Notes under the pieces: model-generated | What the model was told of the DNA's origin: nothing | Databases searched by the model: none | Seen by the model: only the letters and a program-made list of their open reading frames with translations | Translations under genes and position numbers: made by a program | Shown: piece after piece, positions 59,705 to 64,000 of the stretch | Layout of the letters: each line of letters starts with the position of its first letter | Position numbering within the stretch: position 1 is the first letter of the stretch | Source: Candidatus Abzuiibacterium crystallinum | GTDB taxonomy: Bacteria; Omnitrophota; Omnitrophia; Omnitrophales; Abzuiibacteriaceae | DNA length: 64,000 nt | NCBI GenBank assembly: GCA_002787155.1 | Contig: PCVY01000068.1 | Location: 2,426-66,425, forward strand | Direction: 5' to 3'

Positions 59705-60418
59705 ATGAGAAAAAAACTAACACAGAAGAAAATTATTGTCATCATTCCAGCGAGGGGCAACTCGAAAAGAGTTCGAAAGAAAAATATTAGAAAACTAGCG
59801 GGTAGACCACTAATTGCGCATAGCATTATTCAAGCGCTGCAATCACGCTTTATTGACCGCATTTTTGTATCAACCGATAATCGTGCAATTGGTTTGGTGG
59901 CAAGAAAATATGGCGCCGAAGTGATTTGGCGACCGAATAAACTGTCTGGAGATAAGGCATCGTCAGAATCGGCATTGCTGCATGTGATTGATGAACTTAA
60001 ACGGAAAGAAAACTATGTTCCTGATTATATTGTTTTTTTGCAATGCACCTCGCCCATCAGACGCCGAAATGATATCGACGCCGCCATCCGGAAATTTTTA
60101 AAATCAGGCGCCGACTCTTTGCTGTCGGTGGAAGCACATAATAAATTTATTTGGCGGCGGAATCGACAAACGGCTTTTCCGCTTAATTATGATTTCCGCC
60201 GCCGCCCGCGTGAACAGGATTTCCCGGAAGAATTCAAAGAAAATGGATCCATTTATATTTTAAAAACATCCGTTCTGACTAAAGGTAAAAATCGTTTAGG
60301 GGGTAAGATAGCCATTTATGTGATGGACCATTGGAGTTCTTTTCAAATTGACTTAAACGAAGATTTTGAACTTGTCGAATGGATTATTCGCAAGCACCGA
60401 AAGCGGTATTGGCCATAA
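59705..60418 (+). CDS. neuA: Acylneuraminate (nonulosonate) cytidylyltransferase
   Basis: IPARGNSKRV..KN, VSTD, RP..LS.D, LQCTSP.R, RPREQD, ENGSIY, QID..ED. Confidence 0.92.
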   Translation: MRKKLTQKKIIVIIPARGNSKRVRKKNIRKLAGRPLIAHSIIQALQSRFIDRIFVSTDNRAIGLVARKYGAEVIWRPNKLSGDKASSESALLHVIDELKRKENYVPDYIVFLQCTSPIRRRNDIDAAIRKFLKSGADSLLSVEAHNKFIWRRNRQTAFPLNYDFRRRPREQDFPEEFKENGSIYILKTSVLTKGKNRLGGKIAIYVMDHWSSFQIDLNEDFELVEWIIRKHRKRYWP

Positions 60419-61258
60419 ATGAATACCATTGGGATTATTCAAGGAAGACTTACTTTGCCGCATACAGGAGAACTTCAATGTTTTCCGGCGGATCATTGGC
60501 AAAAAGAATTTGAGCTTGCAGAAAATTGCGGTTTCCATGCCATTGAATTAATTTTCGAGAAACAAAAAAATACAGGAAATCCCCTATGGACTAGTAAAGG
60601 AATTGATGAACTAAAACGCTTGTCCGATAAACATCACATTATCATCCCATCTGTTTGTGCGGATTATTTCATGTCAAACCCGCTTACCGTTAGTCGACTG
60701 GAAAGAAATTCCGACACGCTTGTGGTTTTAAGTTTTCTGCTTAAGCAATGTGAGGCTTTAAACGTTAAGAGTCTTGTTATCCCTTTTTTTGAATCCGGGG
60801 AAATCACATCTGAAACGCACATCAAATATTTGGTCCAAAATCTTGTGGCAATACAAAAAGAAATTGAATGTGCAAATGTCAAGATTGTGCTCGAAACTTC
60901 TTTGCCAGGCAAAGCCATGAAAAGTTTGATGGAGCGCTTAGAGAACGTGCCAAGCGGTATATGTTATGATACGGGTAACACAACTGCCTTTGGTCATCAA
61001 GTTGGTTCGGACATTCAACTTTTATCCTCATACATTGTCCACGTGCACATCAAGGATCGGCAAAAAAACGGTGGTCCAAATGTTTTCCTGGGAACGGGTG
61101 GTACTGATTTTAAAGATGCTTTCCGTGCATTACGTACGATCGGTTATGACGGTCCTATGATTTTAGAGACCGTACGTGGTAATGATCCGATAGCGACAGC
61201 CAAACAACATCTTCAATTTGTGCAGGATGGTATCAAGCGGCAAGCGGGTGTGGCATGA
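60419..61258 (+). CDS. Xylose-isomerase-like TIM-barrel sugar epimerase/isomerase (UlaE-like)
   Basis: GIIQGRL, IEL, LET, CYDTGN, HVHIKD, LGTG.TDF, ILET metal-ligand pattern. Confidence 0.85.
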   Translation: MNTIGIIQGRLTLPHTGELQCFPADHWQKEFELAENCGFHAIELIFEKQKNTGNPLWTSKGIDELKRLSDKHHIIIPSVCADYFMSNPLTVSRLERNSDTLVVLSFLLKQCEALNVKSLVIPFFESGEITSETHIKYLVQNLVAIQKEIECANVKIVLETSLPGKAMKSLMERLENVPSGICYDTGNTTAFGHQVGSDIQLLSSYIVHVHIKDRQKNGGPNVFLGTGGTDFKDAFRALRTIGYDGPMILETVRGNDPIATAKQHLQFVQDGIKRQAGVA

Positions 61259-62295
61259 AAATCTTGATGGTTGGTTTGGGTGGTAGCGGACAGAGATTGC
61301 TCCGTATTTTCTCCGAGAAGGTTCCGGATAAGCAATTCTACGCTTATCGCGTTAAGAGGCGGCTGTTTGCGATCAATCCTAATTTTAGTGTCAATCAATC
61401 TGAGAACATTGAACAGAAGTATCGCATCACTGTACTTAATGATTTAGATCAGGCATTAGCCGTTTGTCCAGATGTCACCGTGGTTACCAATCCGACCAGC
61501 CACCACCTTGAAACAGCTATTAAAGCAGCAAGTACTGGTTCAGATTTATTTATTGAAAAACCCATTTCGCACACCTTGGATGGTCTTGAAAAATTGGCAC
61601 AAATTGTCAAAAAAAAGCAATTGATCGTTTTCACGGGATATCAGATGCGGTTTCACCCCGCCATTCAGAAGATCCAAGCATTGGTCTCAAGCGGAAAACT
61701 AGGGCAGATCATGTTTGCCAAATTGTACGCCGGATCTTTTTTGCCCGCTTGGCATCCGTATGAATCTTATAAGGACCTATACGCCGCACGGCAAAATCTG
61801 GGCGGAGGTGTTTTGTTGACAGAAAGTCACGAGTTTGACTATGCCTATTGGTTGTTTGGCGTGCCAAAACGGATTTATGCAACAGGCGGTAATTTAGGTC
61901 CGGAGCCCCTTGAAGTGGAAGATACGGCCAGTGTCGTGCTGGAGTATTACGCAAAAACCACAGATCGTGCTTTCCACGTTCATCTGGAACTTTGCATGAT
62001 GCAAACAGTTCCATCCCGCGGATGTGAAATTCAGGGGACAAAAGGAAGTGTCATATGGCGGCAAGAAGATAATTGCCTCAAAATTTGGGATCAGGAAAGC
62101 AAGCAAACTTCCGTTCAGCAATTTGATGCATTTGAAAGAATAGAGATGTATCGTTCGGAAATCGACCATTTTTTATCTTGTGTTAAAACAAGGAAAAGTC
62201 CATTGATCAACTTGCAAGATGCCACGAATAGCCTTAAAATGGTTTTGGCAGCTAAGAATTCAATGAAAACCCATCAAGCGGTTATGCTGAAATGA
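61255..62295 (+). CDS. Gfo/Idh/MocA NAD(P)-dependent oxidoreductase
   Basis: GLGGSG, TNPT..H, FIEKP, GYQMRFHP, GGGVLLTESHE.D, VED. Confidence 0.9.
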   Translation: MKILMVGLGGSGQRLLRIFSEKVPDKQFYAYRVKRRLFAINPNFSVNQSENIEQKYRITVLNDLDQALAVCPDVTVVTNPTSHHLETAIKAASTGSDLFIEKPISHTLDGLEKLAQIVKKKQLIVFTGYQMRFHPAIQKIQALVSSGKLGQIMFAKLYAGSFLPAWHPYESYKDLYAARQNLGGGVLLTESHEFDYAYWLFGVPKRIYATGGNLGPEPLEVEDTASVVLEYYAKTTDRAFHVHLELCMMQTVPSRGCEIQGTKGSVIWRQEDNCLKIWDQESKQTSVQQFDAFERIEMYRSEIDHFLSCVKTRKSPLINLQDATNSLKMVLAAKNSMKTHQAVMLK

Positions 62296-63149
62296 AGAAA
62301 AAAACATTAAGTCCTAATCACGTTCATAAAAAATTCGACCTATCAGGACAGGTTGCTATTATCACAGGCGGTGCCGGACTTTTAGGCACCCAGCACACAG
62401 AGGCTATTTTTGAAGCAGGTGGTTTTCCGGTGGTATTTGATCATAACCCGATAAATTTAAAAAAATTAACTGCTCATTTTAAGAAAAAATATCATGCAAA
62501 ATTGCTAACATTTTGCACCGATGTCACTGATGCCGCCGCAGTTATATCGGCAGTCAAGCAGACCGTGGATCGTTATAAACGGATTGATATTTTAATCAAC
62601 AACGCTTCCGTTACCGTTCAGGGCGCATCCGAAAATTTTAGTGATTATTTTGCACCTTTTGAGGATTACCGAATTGATTTGTGGGAAAAAGCGGTTAATG
62701 TCGGATTGACTGGTTTAATTGTCGTCACTCAAGCTGTCGGAAAAATTATGCTTCGACGGAAAAAAGGGGTGGTCATTAACATAGCCTCGACGGCAGGCGT
62801 GGTAGGGCCTGATCAGCGGATTTATCAAGGTATTAAAAATCAATATGGCGGCGGGGCTTTTAACACACCCATTGCATATTCGGCCATCAAATCTGCTATC
62901 ATCGGTATGACGCGCTATTTAGCAACTTATTGGGCAGAGAATAATATTCGTGTTAACGCCTTATCGCCGGGCGGTGTTTATGATAATCACGATGATAAAT
63001 TTGTTGCCAATTATTCCTACCGTGTTCCAATGGGACGAATGGCCAATCGAGATGAGTATAAATGTGCGATTGTCTACTTAGCCTCAGAGGCATCTAGCTA
63101 TATGACCGGTTCTAATTTAATAGTTGACGGTGGATGGACATGCTGGTAA
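62292..63149 (+). CDS. SDR oxidoreductase (PtmA-like)
   Basis: TGGAGLLG, INNA, YSAIK, RVNALSPGG, YMTG.NLIVDGGWT.W. Confidence 0.88.
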   Translation: MKKKTLSPNHVHKKFDLSGQVAIITGGAGLLGTQHTEAIFEAGGFPVVFDHNPINLKKLTAHFKKKYHAKLLTFCTDVTDAAAVISAVKQTVDRYKRIDILINNASVTVQGASENFSDYFAPFEDYRIDLWEKAVNVGLTGLIVVTQAVGKIMLRRKKGVVINIASTAGVVGPDQRIYQGIKNQYGGGAFNTPIAYSAIKSAIIGMTRYLATYWAENNIRVNALSPGGVYDNHDDKFVANYSYRVPMGRMANRDEYKCAIVYLASEASSYMTGSNLIVDGGWTCW

Positions 63150-63184
63150 AAATAAACAGGGTTTGCGTAAGGAGGCGATAACGA

Positions 63185-64000
63185 ATGAGGAATTCACAGG
63201 TAAAAATAGGAAACAAATGGGTAGGAGACGGTCATCCAACCTTTGTCATTGCTGAAATAGGTATTAATCACAACGGCGATATTAACCTCGCGAAAAAGCT
63301 AATTGAAGCTAGCACAGCCATCGGATGTGATGCGGTCAAATTCCAGAAGAGGACTGTTGAAGTTGTTTATTCGGCTGAAGAATTAGCCAAACCAAGGGAA
63401 AATCCATTTGGTCCCACTAATGGGGATTTAAAACGAGGTCTAGAATTTGGCAAGAAAGAATACGACATTATCAATGCTTACTGTCAAGAACGCGATATTA
63501 TGTGGTTTGCTTCTTGTTGGGATAAGCAAAGCATCGATTTTATCGATACCTACAATGTTCCATGTTATAAAATTGCCTCTGCATCATTAACGGATGATAC
63601 CCTTCTCCAGTACACCAAATCAAAAGGGAAACCGATTATTCTCTCAACCGGGATGAGCACGCTGGATCAAATCGATCATGCCGTGAGTGTTTTGGGGAAA
63701 GATAATTTAATTATTTTGCACTGCACTTCAACTTACCCGTCGAAAACTGCCGAGTTAAATTTAAATGCTGTTACCAAGCTGAAAGACCGGTACGGCGTCC
63801 CCATAGGTTACAGCGGTCATGAAACAGGTTTAGTGCCGAGTGTGATTGCTTGCGCCGAAGGGGCTTGCGTGATTGAGCGTCACATTACGTTAGATCGTGC
63901 CATGTGGGGGTCGGATCAGGCGGCCAGTGTCGAGATTCATGGGTTTGCAAGATTGGTACGCGATATACGGCTAATTCCTGAAATGATGGGCGATGGAAAT
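63185..64000 (+). CDS. neuB: N-acetylneuraminate/nonulosonate synthase family (runs off the right edge)
   Basis: Not in the ORF track. SD AGGAGG; manual translation gives IAEIGINHNG, AVKFQKR, KIASA, LSTGMS, LHCTSTYP, GYSGHE, ERHITLDRAMWGSDQAAS. Confidence 0.93.
   Translation, partial: MRNSQVKIGNKWVGDGHPTFVIAEIGINHNGDINLAKKLIEASTAIGCDAVKFQKRTVEVVYSAEELAKPRENPFGPTNGDLKRGLEFGKKEYDIINAYCQERDIMWFASCWDKQSIDFIDTYNVPCYKIASASLTDDTLLQYTKSKGKPIILSTGMSTLDQIDHAVSVLGKDNLIILHCTSTYPSKTAELNLNAVTKLKDRYGVPIGYSGHETGLVPSVIACAEGACVIERHITLDRAMWGSDQAASVEIHGFARLVRDIRLIPEMMGDGN

Noticed and set aside
1-64000. CRISPR arrays, tandem repeats, IS/transposases, prophage, defence systems, rRNA
   Set aside because: None seen; nearly all sequence is explained by intact CDSs, and the intergenic gaps are short and non-repetitive.

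Overview
Gene-dense bacterial chromosomal segment from a diderm anaerobe-type genome. Protein style and gene mix suggest the PVC-related Omnitrophota, but this is inference only. Left end (1-8.3 kb): a minus-strand Wzm/Wzt polysaccharide cluster (GT2, GT4s, pyruvyl transferase, KpsS-like transferase), divergent from a GT-C. From 8.4 to 34.7 kb: signalling and housekeeping genes (REC-HD-GYP, a small conserved basic protein, glgC, a DsbA + MauE/DoxX pair, a histidine kinase with a GGDEF-like tail plus two receivers and an orphan PilM-like protein, ornithine decarboxylase, nadE-rsfS-argS-miaA-DUF62-NUDIX, hldD, tRNA-Thr(CGT), rpoN, accD, a MalK-type ATPase, two tandem GAF-GGDEF cyclases, fsa/tal, lptD). 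From 34.8 to 64 kb: a large surface-glycan locus (ugd, rmlABD without rmlC, WbpA/WbpP-like, UXS, Rmd-like, many GTs, methyltransferases, a deacetylase, Wzx) ending in a neuA-epimerase-Gfo/Idh/MocA-SDR-neuB ulosonic-acid module. I found no CRISPR array, integrase, transposase, prophage or rRNA. Best leads: the DsbA-MauE redox pair, the ulosonic-acid epimerisation module, the kinase-receiver-PilM module, the asymmetric cyclase pair, a switchable hairpin in the accD leader, and a recurring intergenic TAAST-N15-ASTTA motif. All family assignments come from motif recognition, not database searches.
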